A program made the translations under genes and the position numbers. The notes beneath the pieces are model-generated. The model was given only the letters and a program-made list of their open reading frames with translations, was not told the origin of the DNA and made no database searches. This document shows positions 63,641 through 64,000 of a stretch of DNA of 64,000 nucleotides, one piece after another (within the stretch, counting starts at the first letter, position 1; the number at the start of each line of letters is the position of its first letter). This stretch comes from Prorocentrum cordatum (taxonomy: Eukaryota). The DNA lies in assembly GCA_963575745.1 (NCBI GenBank), contig CAUYUJ010000001.1:248001-312000 (forward strand), written 5' to 3'.

Positions 63641-64000
63641 TTTCTGGTACCAATATCATCATTCTCCTCTTTTCCGCCCTCGCCCTTTGCCATGAGTGGT
63701 TCAAACCTACAAGCAGAGAAAGCTAGTCAACTGCTTGTTGACTTACAAGTTAGCTGATGGCTAACGTTATGTGTGGCGGCATGAAAACACTAGGCGTGGC
63801 GTTAGACACCGCAGGAACAACCAATCAACTTCTGGCAGGCACTGACAAAGCCACTTCCGCTCAGAAGTTACATTTGTGTCACGGAAAACCCCATCATTAA
63901 GTTTGATGCTCCACCGTTAACGGAGATTGCAGACTTGCCAATATACGCGTTTCCACATACGAACGATAATCAGGGAAACCGGTGGGCGCTAGATTGTATT

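Overview
This is GC-rich, repeat-dense eukaryotic DNA, most likely from a dinoflagellate nucleus (inferred from relics of the dinoflagellate spliced leader DCCGTAGCCATTTTGGCTCAAG). No intact host gene is recognisable. The main contents are: (1) a structurally complete Ty1/copia LTR retrotransposon (8046-14531, minus) with 99-bp LTRs, a CGGCT TSD, PBS and PPT. It carries a C5 cytosine-methyltransferase-like domain between integrase and RT, and a 95-aa upstream ORF joined to gag by a TAATG stop-start overlap. (2) A near full-length APE-RT-RNase H LINE (about 23817-30565, plus) whose ORF1 stop (TGA-CTAG, followed by a stem-loop) is in frame with an ORF2 lacking an ATG before its first endonuclease motif, suggesting stop-codon readthrough. 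(3) An intronless SL-ORF-polyA retrocopy (22805-23782). (4) Three more decayed LINEs. (5) Many MITE-like hairpin families, minisatellites and (CCT)n/(TAG)n/(GAT)n tracts. Lesions in conserved TE codons look strongly biased to A>G/T>C. All calls are by eye and from motif recall; no searches were run.
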